From the NCBI RefSeq assembly GCF_000485595.1, contig NW_014577062.1, forward strand, positions 884,244 to 945,075: 60,832 nt of DNA, written 5' to 3'. Below are positions 22,553-38,131 of the stretch, in pieces; positions within the stretch are counted from its first letter, which is position 1; each line of letters opens with the position of its first letter. The stretch is from Priapulus caudatus. Lineage: Eukaryota. The notes below the pieces were generated by a model. That model was given only the letters and a program-made list of their open reading frames with translations, was not told the DNA's origin and made no database searches. Both the position numbers and the translations under genes were made by a program.

Positions 22553-24469
22553 CCTCATATACCAAAGATCTGATTCATCTATTCAGAAGGGTTCCTTCGA
22601 TTTTCATTTCTTTTTCTACATCGTATGCAACCGTATTTTAGTTTAGCTTGGTATGCCCATTCTGTTGCACAACCAAGAATGTGAGAGCATATTCAAAATG
22701 AACCTACTATCACTGGTTTGTGCTTATATTTGGTGGTGCAAGCTTTTATTTGTGAGCCTATACAGATATATGCCAGTATGTTGATGTTTGTACTACTATG
22801 AGAACAGTTGCCTGTATTAAGTTTGTGCATCGTTTTCCTGTAGTGTAAAAAGGAAATCACAGCACATTGTTTTGGACACAAATTCAAAGTTTCATATTGA
22901 ATTATGAAGCCAGATAAATGTAATATTTATCAAGACTTTTCTTGAACAGTTGTTGAATGGATGATAAGTAAAAATACATTGCTGCTTTTAATGTATTAAT
23001 TTGAAAACACTTGCAACATGAGAATTTTGTCATGTTATTATGGTTAAAAAATCTGCAAAACTCAACATTTATGGTCGTGTCAAGAATTCTATGGACGATT
23101 GAGTGATTATTTAATAAATATTAATTTATCGTAATTTTTTTACCATTAGTGGAAAATTCCAGAGTTAGGCAGCCTAGTCAGCCTTAGCACTGTTACTGGA
23201 CTGTGATTAATATGACAAACGGGATGGTTTACATGAAAGTTATATATTATTGTCTATGTCTATTGTTTCCTTTGATTAATATCATTATTGCACAAGTTGA
23301 ACCTGCGAAAACTAAAACCTGACGAGACATTCCAACTACGTGCTCTATGCTTATAAACCAAAGACTTGCTGGACAAGCTGTTCAGATATCTAATTTTGAT
23401 TCTCTGGTTGTTTCTCCATACCAGTGGCCTTCCATGTGTGAAATTAGTTTCATATAATGCAGTGTATGTATTTACATGGAATAAATAGAAGGAAATGACA
23501 TGTAATGATTTTTGAAACAGATACTGCTGCTTTATTATTATTACTCTTATATAGTACACATGCACGCGCACAGCACGCATATTCTTAAGACACCTACAAC
23601 ATAAGAAATTGTCCTCAGATGGTAGCTGAAATTATGCATGTTCAAGCCATTCACTCGCTATTTGGTTTAGGATAAATTTAGTTGAACTTGCGAAGTAAAT
23701 AATATGAATAAGCAAGTCACTCTGCTTTAATCTCGAGGCAAATTGTGTAAATGAAATCGAATATGGATTTTTACACTAGGACTAGATTTCATGGAACACT
23801 GGTGGTGGAATTTAATGCAAATATATTTTATATATAATGTGGTTGCATTTGCATTTTCTCCTATTGCTTTACAGACGAGCTTTCGTTGTAGATATTTCTA
23901 CGCGATTAGGCTTAGATCGAGAGGTGCTTTGTCTCGAGTGGGATTGGTGAGAATTTCAGCCACAGAGATTCCCCATGTACATGTTTTGTGTTGACGAAAG
24001 GTGACAGAAGAATATGAAGATACGGCAAAGCAAACGTCAAGTTGCAAGCATTGCTAATCGTCATTCTCCTCAACAGTGAAGGTTCCTTTCAACAGTCTGC
24101 AGCTAGTGATGGGCTGAGGGTCAGATGGAGCGTAGTATGGACCACTCTCACCCATGTAAACATAACTGATCACACACAGTCAAGTACAACAAACTCAACA
24201 GCGCACAAAAGCATACAGCCATATACAGCATAGCTCAATATATATACATAAATTATCAATTCGTTATCATAATTAGTGCTTCAATAACACGTTTGAAAAT
24301 ACAACTTCATTGTCCACTGGCACTCTCCCCTTCCTGCCTCCCTCCATCCCATCCACTCTCCCCCTCTCTGTCTCTCTCCATCCCTTCCCTTCTCTATCAC
24401 AGTCATTTTCTCACTACCAAGCAGATTGACCAAATAGGTTGGCCATCACACACAAAATGCCAAAATGAA

Positions 24470-26556
24470 TTAATGCTCATTTGTCGGCATCATTAATTTG
24501 CATTCCATAACGATCCCCCTTCCATGCCGCGTGAGATTTTGTGAAGGATACGGTAGTCTCATAACCCAGAACGTGTTAGAATCCAGGGAGATGGGTCCAG
24601 CTGTTCCTGGCAGGAAGACTGGACATGGTGGTGGGGCAGGCTGCACTCTGGGGTTCAGGGTCACCTTGATGGGTGCCCGTGGCATGACTATATAGAGCCG
24701 CATCAGCTGACCCATGAATGCCTTTGACGACCTGATGTAAAAAACACAATTTACAATCAACCGACGTTCAATTCTGGAACTGTTGTGAATTTCCACCTCA
24801 ATACTCAACTCAACAACTTGCAATTACTTACTCAACAAGGGCATCCTTACGTATTTCAGAAAATGATAAGCCATAACATAAACAGAAAGCGTATCATTTT
24901 GACGATACAGCTAGATGCTGTTTGTGTCCGTCATCTTTTGATTAACGTCACCCGATTTCAGCCGCACCTTAAGATGTTTTCCCTGTATGTTAGGCCCATG
25001 CGCATACCTGCAGGGACATGGAAAATACAGAGGCATGTCCAAGCTGAGAAGTTTATTAGCATTGTCTCGCACGGAACTGTTTGCAGGTATCTTGAGCATT
25101 TTGTCCGGTCCAGAGCAGAAAAAACGATGTCCTCGAGGACATTCATATTCTATACCCAGATAGGCTGTAGATGACGGTGGCTCAACGTCTTTAGAATAAT
25201 GGAAATGTTACTTGTCATTCACTATAAAAACGCACCAGTAATAGTACAATAATGAATGCGAGATGCTTCTAATTTTTAAATAAATGCATTCCTTCATATT
25301 CATGTCATGATATCAAAAACAGTGTTATAATTCTGCAAGGACAACGAATTTCAATAGATTAAAACATTAAAAAAACGTTCCGTATTTAGACGGCAAATTA
25401 AAATTCGATACGATTGATCTAATAACACCAAAAGCAGTGCACATGCCTTTTGTCACTTTCTTCAGCTTTTGTTTGTCTTTTCTGATGCTCGACTCTCCTA
25501 CAGCTGGCCATCGCTCTTTGCACTCCGGCACCTTTAGCTGTAGTTCCCATGGCAAAAGGTAGTTGCTTCCGTGAAGAAATCCATGCTGGTCTAAGCCTAA
25601 CAAAAACAGTCCCTTATAAATGAAATGCCACGTGTGTATTCCAAAATGCGGCTAGGGTAGTATAGATCTTATCACCAGTACTCACAGATTGTTAAAAACC
25701 AAGTCGTCCAACTTCATAAACCAATTTTGATAAGCAACACATTTGGGGTTACATAATTCCCCCTGCTTTAAAAAAACTACTTAAGATTTTAATCGACTCA
25801 CTTTATCTCCTGGAGAGAATCCGGAAAGGTGAAGCAAAACTACACTCATTTTAGATTCTCTTCGTTTGGTTGCTTACTATAGCTCCTATAATCATTGATG
25901 AACACTAGTACCTGTAGCTGGGTTGTAGAGATTTGCAGCGCCCAAACAGACGAGGGACCAGTGAGGAAAGCGGGGTAGCAGGCCAGATGGGCTTTCACTG
26001 TGCAGCATGCCCTCCAGGTACTCTGTAGTGGACACCTGCTCCACGACCACCTCGTCCACAGCTGTCGAAACCCGAAAAACAGTCAATTTTTGGTTTTATT
26101 TGAAAGAAAATCATTGAAATCATTCCAGCATGTACAAATTGTCAGTGACATGTTTTTTGTGTGGAATCAAATTAATGTTTTTAAAACGATTATCTGATTG
26201 GAAGCATTATTGACAAGTAAATTTATATAAAAGTCAAATTCCTTGGCACACACACCCTCAAGTGGTTTAGGTTTCTCGGTGAGAGGAGAGCACTCATCTT
26301 CAACTTCCTCTTCCACGTCCTCTTCATCTTCATCTTCTGTTTGACCTGCAAATAGACATCCAACCTGTTAATATCTGACAAATGATAGAGGCTACAAACT
26401 GAACAAAAAACGTCAAAAAATGAATTATATAGCAAGGAATATAAATCGAGTTTAATATAAAAACATATGAACGCTTGAATTTTCGTGTACGCTATGTACT
26501 ACAATACAACACATACACATGCACATGCACATGCACATGCACGCACGCACGCACGC

Positions 26557-26593
<37 letters not shown>

Positions 26594-29500
26594 CACACAC
26601 ATACATTACTGCCATAATCCAATAAGGCCATATTATTTTAATTCTTACTGAGACTCGGTCCCAAGCTCATGCTTCCCTGTGTGTGATCACGTGAATCTCC
26701 TTTTGATGCTTTTCTTGTAGGTGGAGCCTTTGCTACAGTGGCGGCCGTTGCATGGGCTGTTGATGCTCGAAAAACTGGGAAATCATAGTGTTGTAGTTCC
26801 GCACAGCAAGACGACTCCACAGTTTGATAGAAATCATAGTTTGCAGCCTGCAGATGGAAAAACCCTGAACTGCCTCACACAAAATAAAAAAGTAAGGGTA
26901 TCATCGTGTATAAATGTACAAAACTCCCTTTTCCTAAATGTGTGTGACAACTGAAGCAGGGACACTACAGCTTGACCTGGCATGTACCTTAACATTGAAA
27001 GGATCGTCTCGGTTTGCCTGCGTTCTTCCGCAGTTGCACGCATTCAAGCCCTTCACGTTACTGGAGTGATGCATGAGGGGAAGACTCCTATCTGCATCAC
27101 CAGCAGCTTCCTCTGGCAAACGATGAAGCTGAAAAGATAATTGGGATCAGCATCATTACTCTCACTCACAAATATTATCTCTAATGTTCTTGGCAAAAGA
27201 AACGTTTTCATAATTGAAATTTCAATGGTATTATAACCTTGTATAAATAACAAGTGCATAGTTTTGTAAAGGGTTGCATGCTGAAAAATCGGACGCAATC
27301 AGGCTTGGTAAGACAGTAGCAATATTTCAGAGGATTTTCTACGGGGATATTTTTCAACATCAGTGTGGAGAAAAGATGCCGTTTGCCCAAATTGAGACTC
27401 CTCTATGAACATGTATGTCTTAAGTACTGTTAGGGTAGTCGACATTTACAACATTCTATAACAAGGCACTAGAGATTTCGCAAAAAGTAATCCCTCCTTC
27501 CCGACACAAATCACTAACCTCATTGATGCAATGCTGGCCTGTAAGGCTGATCTCCTCGCACAGCTGACGGCCTGCTTTCCAGTACTTCTCGCACTCCTCA
27601 GACAGTTGCCGTGCGAATCGGCTGGTAGCAGGCCCTCGTGCGTGGTGCTGGAACACCCTGCGTGCCTGCGCGAGCTGTACAACAACAGCAACGAGAGCAA
27701 AGTTAGAAAGACCAGCAAGACTTGCAAGGAGACAAACCTCGGAAGATATATAGCCAAGATGAGCTAATATATAGCCAAGACAGAATAGTTTTATACTGAT
27801 ACGGTGGACCGCGTTTATGACTAGTTCATGGTACATGCCCGCCATATAAAGACGCATCAATGTCTTACATAGATGTTATAAATATATATAAAACGTATTT
27901 AAACAAAATGTTTCACGTGCATAAAATCATATATAACACGTGATGTACCTTTGTTTCATGAACACTCTTGACATAATGTGACGGCAAACCCTCCTGGTAT
28001 GTGCCCGTGGCAATTGGTAAAACTTTCGCACACCGACTGAAATGGTTTTAGGTAATTGGTATGGTCGATGACATTTTTTAACGGAAGAAATTCAATCTGT
28101 TTACCAATTTTGATAATACATTTTGATAAATAACAAAGAATATGGATTAACTGGAACTAATTATTTATTATATTCGGATTTCTCTTAACGTGAAAATCAA
28201 AGTGAAAATCAACGTGAATTATCACGTGAAAATCAACGTGAAAATCAAAACTTAAAGTGAAAATCAAAGAAATCGCTTAATACAGATTAATATAGACACA
28301 AACTAAAATGCTCTTTTCCTAAGAGTGCCCAATTCTTATGACAGTAACAAAGTTGCTTTTATATTTCTTAAAACATTCATACTTTTCCGAGAATCTCTGT
28401 TCCACTTCCAGCATAGACCGAAAACTGTTAAAATGTGCACGTGTGCGTGGCTCAGTTTGTTCTTCCAGGAAGAACTTGTACAGGCGATTTGCTACATCAA
28501 ACCATGTCTGACAGGTTGGCAACTGTAAAAAATTGCTTAGTACACTGCTCTCCTCTTTATCAAGACAGGTCAGGAACCGTGAAAATTTTCAGTCACACAT
28601 GCATGACTTTATGCAATTTTCTGTAAACAACACGTACTTAACAAATCACACAGCATATAAGACTAGCTTTACAAAGTGTTTTATGGGCTCATGTCCAGAA
28701 TCTGCTAAACAGCCAAGACTTGTCGGTTTGCATTTGAGTTGAGGAACGTTGTGCAACACTCATTTAAGAAAGGACGTTTGTTCTGCAAAAAAACCTGATA
28801 AGCTGTCCCCGTTTATGCAATTAAAATAACAAGTATAACGATTGTTTTTTAATGATGTTGAAGCGATGCACCCGTTTATCCAAGGCCTGATAAAGCGGAA
28901 ACTACTATAACTATGCAATTTCAAATGAGAGAATGTATGAGAAACATCAGCAGGAGTATAAACATAGATTAGGGGAAGATATGGACGTATATATCTATTT
29001 TCTGCATGTAGCCCACTAGCTTTTCTTTAGTCATTTAATAAATGGATTTTTACCTCAAAATGCACGGGGGTTGGATGTCTCGTTACATTATCATCAAACC
29101 CATGAGATAAAGCTAGGCTGATGTGAGGCATCAAGAATGACTTTAAACTCTGTGGTGGTTCCGAGTTTGCAGGGTTTAAAATCGGTGTGCCTGAAAATAA
29201 AAACAGTGAGAAAGTCACTACATTCATGTTCAGGAATAGAAAATTTACACGAGTCTGCTGACTAACCCACAAATGGCATGGACTTCTTTGAGACGAACAG
29301 CTTATTAAAATTCATTTAAAATTTAATTTACCGGATGGGCTACACCGCCCATCAAGGTATCTGAGGAGATTTGTTTCTTGGTCTAATGCCATCTTGGCTC
29401 CACCAACATCTACACACACGTACTCCTGGTTTACTGGCACAGCGAATAGTGAGTTTGCACTGAAAAAAGAAGTAAAGATGCAGTGACCAATGATAAATGA

Positions 29501-31626
29501 AATGACAATTGATATATAATTGATCAATATTACACTGCCAGTATTTTGTCTGGACACTCTTAGTAATGAATTTAGCAATATAATACTTGAAGGTTTCCAT
29601 TGTGCTAAGGAATTTAGGTGTTTTATTCACCCAGGTCTGGTATATATATAATTCCAGAAACATACCTTATGTTTGTAATGACTCTGCTTTTACGGAGAAT
29701 CCTATATATCTGATCTTCCAGGGAATGCTGTAGTTTCTTGTACATTGCCATTTTCTGAAAGCATTTGTGGATGAACAGGTATGTTAGTTGCAAAGTTTTC
29801 ATTATGCCTTGTTTAATTAGCACAAAACCCCATGAATTATATTGCCAAAGCTTGAAGATCTAAGTAAAATGTTCAGAATTTCAGACCAAATCATACTTTG
29901 ATAGACATAGCAAATGTATAGTATGGTTAACCCTTAGATGCCATTTTCAAGGCAAAAACCCTATTAATTTTTGGCAAAAGCTAAGATGTATAAGAATGAA
30001 AGTGTCAATGACACTGTAGCTCACCACAAAAAAGGACATAAATGAGTGAGCGAGTGAGTGAGAAGTCAGTTTTAATTGAGCAACCATCGACGTACATTAT
30101 AGAAACGAAGAGTATATATGGGAGAACTCCCATTATATACTCTTGATAATTATATGTGTAATTTTTTATGTGAAAATAAATATTTGAGATGTGAAAGTCT
30201 GAGATGTGGGCGAGTGATGGCGTTACATCAAAATGATCGCCATTTAACGTTTTTATAATATTCAGATTATGGCACTGCCTAAAAGCGGAGCTCCCGATGT
30301 GTAACATGTAAGATTGAGAGGATACGCTTATTCCACGTAGCTGCTATATACCACGTGACAATGGTGTTTCCCTGCTCATAACACAACTTTTGTCAAAGAT
30401 TAATTAGTTGCATGGAAGTGTTTACTTCGTATGAGTTTTTCTACGCGGTAGCACACGGTTGCCATCTGTATATCACAATAATAATTTATAAACCAAAATG
30501 AATCACAATTTGTGACGGCAGATGGCGCTATACTCGCTTTGATGTTTCTTAGCGATGGCGTTCGAAATAATAGGTTATGCTGCGTTCCGACATGTTTTGT
30601 AAAACTTTACTCTAATATAGACGTTTAATCGTCAGGGTGGAGAGGAAATACCAATTTTGCATTAAAGATATTGTCAATGAAATCTTGTAAAACGAACCAG
30701 ACGAGTGTGACACCACAGACTGTTATCTGCGTGTCTATATAATATGCTATATAATTGCCGAAACCTACCTAACTTGCATTGTTGTTGTTTTTAATATCAA
30801 AACCCCTAGCGCTTATTCATTCACATACCAAAAATGAGCAAAATCTGTTGAACCTGAACTGACTAATGGCAATTTCCATTTTTGCCAAAAAATTGCCGTG
30901 GCTCGAAAGTACGTCGACTGGCGTGCTCCAAAATAGGACGTTCAAACCTCTCCCATAGCAGTAACAACTATACCCAATTTCAAACATGTGGGTCAAACGG
31001 TTCCTGAGTTATCGTTGACTGTAGCCAAATGTTGACGGAAGGACGGACAGACGGACGGACGGACGGACGGACGTACGACGACCCATGGCAATAGCTCATC
31101 TTGACGATGTCAAGGTGAGCTAAAAAATTTTGGAATTCCAGGTTAAATAACCCGATTTAAAAAATCTGACTTCTATTGACACAGCAGGTGTATACACTGA
31201 TTACCTCAGTAGCAGACTGTCACTAAACTTTAAGAACCAATAAAGTTTTGGGACGCACAACCACTTAGCCATGAAAAAAATTACTGGGTAAAAACAGGAC
31301 GTTTACCATTTATATAAAGAAACATGTGTAAATGCAGTCCTGTATGCGAAAAACTACACAACGCTTTTTAGCGCAGCACATACCGTTGACCTATATTTAC
31401 TCCTCACAGACAACTCCTTCCTTGCATCGGCTATGATTCGTTCGTTACAGTTCTCAAAGAGGAAGAGCACACGGGGTGAACAGAGTCTGCCAGCATTAAC
31501 CCAATCTTTGCAGACACCTGGTGTCGCCTGCAGTACATCAGACAAGCTCGGCAGTACCTTCTGCCTGCAGCGAGAATATGCTTATATTGTGACTTATAGT
31601 AACATATATAGACAAGGAATATATGA

Positions 31627-31668
<42 letters not shown>

Positions 31669-33304
31669 TAATATATATATGAAGTATGCATGAAGAATAT
31701 ACATATATATATAAATCAAATCAAATCCATGTGGGGTAATACAGTAGAGCTGTGCCCCGTAGATGCTGTCCAGGTCTCTTCTTCACGCATGTCCACGATA
31801 TTGTTATAATAAACAAGAAGCCCCTAGACACCTACAAGACATGTCATAGATTGCATTCAGAGTGATCCATGAACATTTAACGTAACCAGTTTTCACAATA
31901 TAACACACACTTCCATCTCACCTGATAGTATCTAATGTCCGAAAAAGTCTAACAATGCTCATGTTAAATGTGCAGGTCGGACGAACAAACAACAGCACGT
32001 GAGAGATGTGAAAGAGGAAGAGCAGGGCCCTCGCATATTTGAATTCCATCTCGTGACACCATCCATGTGGATCCTGTGTTGTAAGAAAACATGTTACAAT
32101 GAGTTATCAGAGAACAATATATATCAGGAGTGTATAATAATAATAATATAATATAATCTATTATTATACTCTCCTGTACATATGATATCTATTTTTATAT
32201 GTTACCTTTTTCATATAGCACTTTTAACAATAATATTCATATTATTTGGTATGGGGAATCAATTAATGGCTATATATAACAACTTCCACAGTTCAATATC
32301 AATAGGTAAAACTGAAAAACCTGATTTTAAAATTTGTGATTATAACTGAGTCAGCTTTACTAGCAATATTGTTGAAAGGTGGAGTCATGTCATGTTTCAT
32401 AAAATAACATTTAATAATAAAAAGAAGTTGTTTAATGCATACTCACATCATGATCAATGCTTTCGTCCGATCTACTGCAAGCTTGTGCCAACATGTTAGT
32501 GTCATGCAAACTAGTCAAGTGAAGGTAAATTACCCGATTCTGTTCATCATTATAACACTCGATCTCAACCTATAAAACATAAAGAAACTCATTCTACTGA
32601 GACGATACATGAAGTTAGCAAATGCGGTATGTAAATATGAGCAACTGTGTAAAAACTATCTCACCAAAACAAGAATTTCAACAGATACTAAAATTATCAT
32701 TGAATGGTTTCAATATACAAATGACCATTTTTTGAAGAAATTCTCTGATGTACTTACATCTTCATCTTTCTTATTTGGGTTGCTATTGATATCTGTGTTG
32801 TTCTCTGCTAGATCATTCTAAATAAACAAAAAATAATAAAAGGCACACCCCTCACTTTGTTTAGTTAGGTAGACAATAACTGAATTAGAAATCTCAAACA
32901 AAAATATTGCTTCTAAGGTCACCAATTATCGGTCATATTCACTAATCACTAGGGTTCTCCAAGCTTTTTCATTATAGCATGGCAGGTGCTGCCTCTACGT
33001 TCCTAGTTGCAAATCGCCGAAGGCGGTTTGCGTACTATGGGGGTCCGGGGGCTATGATATTTAGCATGGCGGCTATAATATTTAGAGTGGCGGGTGCATT
33101 TTAGGATGGCGGGGTTCGACGATAGCCTGGCGGGCCGCCAGGCTATAAGTGCTCTTGGAGAACCCTGATCACACATCATTAATTACATTAATGAGTCATT
33201 TGCCATGGGGAAATTAATTGAAAGAAAAGTAATACCAATACAAAGTTTTGTTGTAAAAAGTATATAGTGATTTTATATAGTGATAGCAATTTTATGTATA
33301 TATA

Positions 33305-33391
<87 letters not shown>

Positions 33392-33431
33392 TGTGTAGTA
33401 GTAGTAGTAGTAGTAGTAAGTNNNNNNNNNN

Positions 33432-33521
<90 letters not shown>

Positions 33522-36500
33522 GCGTGTGTAATATGCTAGGATGATCTGAAAGAAATGAACATGTAGTAGTCCCAAAACTTCCAGTTTCCTGCAATAGCAT
33601 GAATAGGGAACGAGTGTGTATAAATTGGAAGAGAGTATTTTAAGGTAGGTTGATGAAGTGCGAGTTTAATATTGAACAAAACTGTCTATTCTAACACTCA
33701 CCAAACTTTTTGACCACCCCTATAAATACTAAAATAGTACACAAATCTAGATGGCCTTTGTAATGCCACCTATCACAGCTATATGCATCATCCATAAGTA
33801 TTTTACCTTGAAAATTGGCATATGTAAGAGTGAGTTAAGGTGTAAAGACTTCCTATGACACCATGAAAGCCTGCTAGCTCCAACAACAGCAACGATACAC
33901 ACAGGCTCTGACTTGTTACTAAGCACCCTATATAGCAAATAAAACAAACAAAATTATTCGGAGCTAGAAATACACATCCAACATGAAAATTACTATCTTT
34001 CATTGACCATGGTATTTCTATTCCAGGCTATGTAACCACCGTTGTAAGCAAACAGTATACCGTATAGACGTATTTCTATTAGTATTAGTATTTCTAATAA
34101 ATATTGAACAGTTAAACTTTTTATGCAGCATAATTTAAACCTATTTTAACTGAAAATGTGCAAAGAACTTAGGGTCATGTGTACCTTTAAGTCACTGCCT
34201 TATCGAAAAATCTTAATTTCCAGCTGTTTTTACTTTTGAACTGATTGAAAGTAAAATATAGTAGAAAGAAGTATTATAAAACTAAATGTTGTCATCTGGA
34301 CGGACTTGCGGCCCCGGTTTTTGCGCGGTGAATAGCAGTGCATAACAGTGAATACGCCGCCGCCTTTTTGTCCCCTTAGACAGATACCTTAGACAGGGGT
34401 CTGAAAACGCACTGCGCGAAAACTGGGCGCAATCCAACCCACATTTCGGGATGGACGGCAGGATGCCATCTCCAAACGGCCCCTAAACTTTTTTTGGGGT
34501 GGCGCGCCTCATGGCTAAGACGTTGTGGCTCCTACAAGAAACTCTACGAAATGCTGTCAATCAGCGATGACGCGCTCGCTCATTGGCCGCTACGCGATGC
34601 ATGCGCTACTGCCGAGTATAGCGTTACGTCTATCACAGAGGTTTTAACGAAGACATGTACGGCGCTCCACGTGGGCTGGCGCGGTCTAGATGCGTACGTG
34701 CGAGGTTTTTATCAACCTCTTGACCCCGCGCTGCCCGTGGCGACGGCACGTCGTGCAAGCACGTGCTGGCGTGGCCGTGGCAGTTTTTACACGTAGCTAA
34801 TCCTACAATACGCCGCGACACTGACACACAAATATATATATGCACGTTTTTACGAAGACGGCGGAGCGCGACATTCCAGCCTCCCTCCTCCCCCGCGCTC
34901 ACGTGGCGGCCGGGCACGGTCGAAATGCTATCTCCAACAAACGCTGGTTCGGGGAGTTTTTGCGCCGCGGTGACTTTGGTAGTAAATAGATTTCATATTT
35001 ATTTAGCATTACATTTTATTGAAACGCTGCAAGTGCTTAGGGATGTTACAAAATTTTGAGATGTCATAAATATACCTTAAAACCTTTGCCATCTGAAAGA
35101 GCATGACAATACATTTAATTTGATACCTTATTCACTTCCATACCTTTAGTTTTAAGGAAGTTATGGCAATTTTCATATGCATAAATTTTCATATTGATCC
35201 CCATTGGTTTTCTATTGTGTTAAAACAAAAGTTGTGATCGAGGAGAGCCAACGGCAACTGAAGAACAAAAATGCTCATAACTTTCTTCAGGGTAAAAAAT
35301 CCATGTGAAATTTTTACAAAAAGTAGATTGAAGTATTTTGGATCAAATACAATACATGATTTGTCTTTATAATAATCACATTTAATTACATAATTTGTAG
35401 TTAATTATTTAACGAGAGTTGCTAAATAATGGTAATCGAGGCTTTGCTGCATGCTGAAGATATTGCAAATTATACACAGTATTCTCAATGGCAGAGGTTT
35501 AATACACAAGTACTTGAATGATAATCTTGATTAGACAATTACATTTACAATTAATGAGTAATTAACCTTTTAATAAAAGCCATTTTAACGAGAGGTTGCG
35601 AAATAATGGTAATCGACTTTCTCAATGCCTGAAATATTGCAAAATTATACACAGTATTCTCAATGGCAGAGGTTTAATACACAAGTACTTGAATGATAAT
35701 CTTGATTAGACAATTACATTTAGCAATTTAATGAGTAATTAACCTTTTATAAAAGCCATTTTAACGAGAGGTTGCGAAATAATGGTAATCGACTTTCGCA
35801 ATGCCTGAAATATTGCAAATTATACACAGTATTCTCAATGGCAAGAGGTTTATACACAAGTACTTGAATGATAATCTTGATTAGACAATTACATTTACAA
35901 TTATGAGTAATTAACCTTTTATAAAAGCCATTTTAACGAGAGGTTGCGAATAATGGTAATCGACTTCGCAATGGCCTGAAATATTGCAAAATTATAACAC
36001 AGTATTCTCAATGGCAGAGGTTTAATACACAAGTACTTGAATGGATAATCTGATTAGACAACCACATTTACAATTAATGAGTAATTAACCTTTTAATAGA
36101 AGCCATTTAACGAGAGGTTGCGAAATAATGGTAATTGACTTTCTCAATGCCTGAATATGCAAAATATACACAGTATTCTCAATGGCAAAGGTTTAATACA
36201 CAAAGTACTTTGATATGATAATCTTGATTAGACAATTACATTTACAATTAATGAGTAATTAACCTTTTAATAGAAGCCATTTTAGTTTTTTAGAACGAAC
36301 GCACGGCCGGACGGACGGACGCACGGACGCATGCTCATGCGATTCTACAAGCTGCATCTGACTGTCAGATGAGCTAAAAATAAATAATCGAAATAAAAAA
36401 AATAAAAATGGCTTTTTGTTCATTTATTATTGATTTATTAATTTATTTAGTTATTTATATATATTCATTTATTCGTTTATTTATTAATCTCGGTCTATTT

Positions 36501-38095
36501 ATCTATATATTCATTGGTTCATTTATTTGTATATTTATATATTCCTTGGTTCATTGATTCATTTATTTATTTATCTATATATTCATTGATTCATTCATTT
36601 ATCTATATATTCATTGATTCATTCATTTATCTATATATTCATTAATTAATTTATTTATCTATAGTGTATGTTCATTGATACATTTATTTATCTATATATT
36701 CATTGATTCATTTATTTATCTATATATTCATTGATTCATTTATTTATCTATATATTAAATGATTTATTTATTTAGACCCTATTTACTTCAGTGTTTATTT
36801 AATGATTTAGAAATTCAACTAGACCATGGCATAGATCTATTTGTTTATCTAGTTTTATTATAAACAAATATGAATAAACACAGAACTAATCAGATAAGTA
36901 AATAAGCAAAAAGTCGCACGCGCACAGACTCCAAATTAAAAATTTATACGTGCAAAAATCATAACATCAAACAGCAGGCCAACCACTAATATAATGATGT
37001 AGGTACTAGACGGAGGCAAATAATATATAAAAGAGAGAGACAGACAGACAGAAATACACGCGTGGGCCTATAAGTATACTATAAGGCTCTTGTCTAGTCT
37101 ATGAATTAGTCTAGTTATTAATTAGTCTACTAATTATTATTAATTAATTATTGAATTAGTCTAGTCATGAATTAGTCTACTAATTATTATTAATTAATTA
37201 TTGAATTAGTCTAGTCATGAATTAGTATGAATTAGTCTACTAATTATTATTAATTAATTATTGAATTAGTCTAGTCATGAATTAGTATGAATTAGTCTAC
37301 AAATTTATTCGTGTTTATATATTCACTCAGCAGTTTATATCGAAACACTCGAAATGTTACTGGGGACATACGATCAAAATCTTCAAACATCCACTTTCAC
37401 AATCAGATATATGATTTCTTTATTCAATATCATGTAAGAATATTAACTTAATTATCCATATTTTGAGTATTTGTTCACAAAAATCATTGATTACGATGTG
37501 AATAACAGATATTAAACGCTAGAAATTCAGATGCAAGATCAATACAATACACAGCGCACTGTTGCACTGTATGTGCGCAGCGTCGCAGCGACATGGTAGG
37601 CAGCGGGGATTTGGGCAAAAATTCGACAGAGTCAACATTCCGGGACAAAAATTACAACTTTCGCATCATCAGATTTCCATAAAATTTCACCAAAAACAAG
37701 TTAAGATGTTAAAGAAATGATGCAGATACCTTTTTAGGTGATGCAAAACTTGCAATCTGTATTAAACAGTCCCTCAATATAAGTCTAACTTTAAAGTAGC
37801 TCGTACGATCATCAAACGCAGCAGAATTTCGAATTTGTTCTTAAAGATGGTCGACCGAGTCCTCAATGATGTCATAGTTATGACGTTATAGGGAAAACAT
37901 TAATAGAACCAATCAGAACCCTCTCTTTTACTAGGGGGTGCGCCTCCGTCCTCGTAGTTGCTCGCGCAGTCACACCGTTACTTTTCAAGCGGCGCTGCGA
38001 GCTGCATTGTCGCATACCTAAAGTGCTTGTGTGCCTAGCTGTGGCAGCATTGATGCATGTATATAGATACCTTATTAACCCGTGGCGGCGGAGCG

Positions 38096-38131
<36 letters not shown>

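Noticed and set aside
33273..33600. HT/CV-repeat ORFs
   Set aside because: They are translations of (TG)n microsatellites.
34494..35059. Overlapping ~100-aa ORFs in SMG8 intron 1
   Set aside because: GC-rich repeat interior with no splice structure or homology I can recognise.
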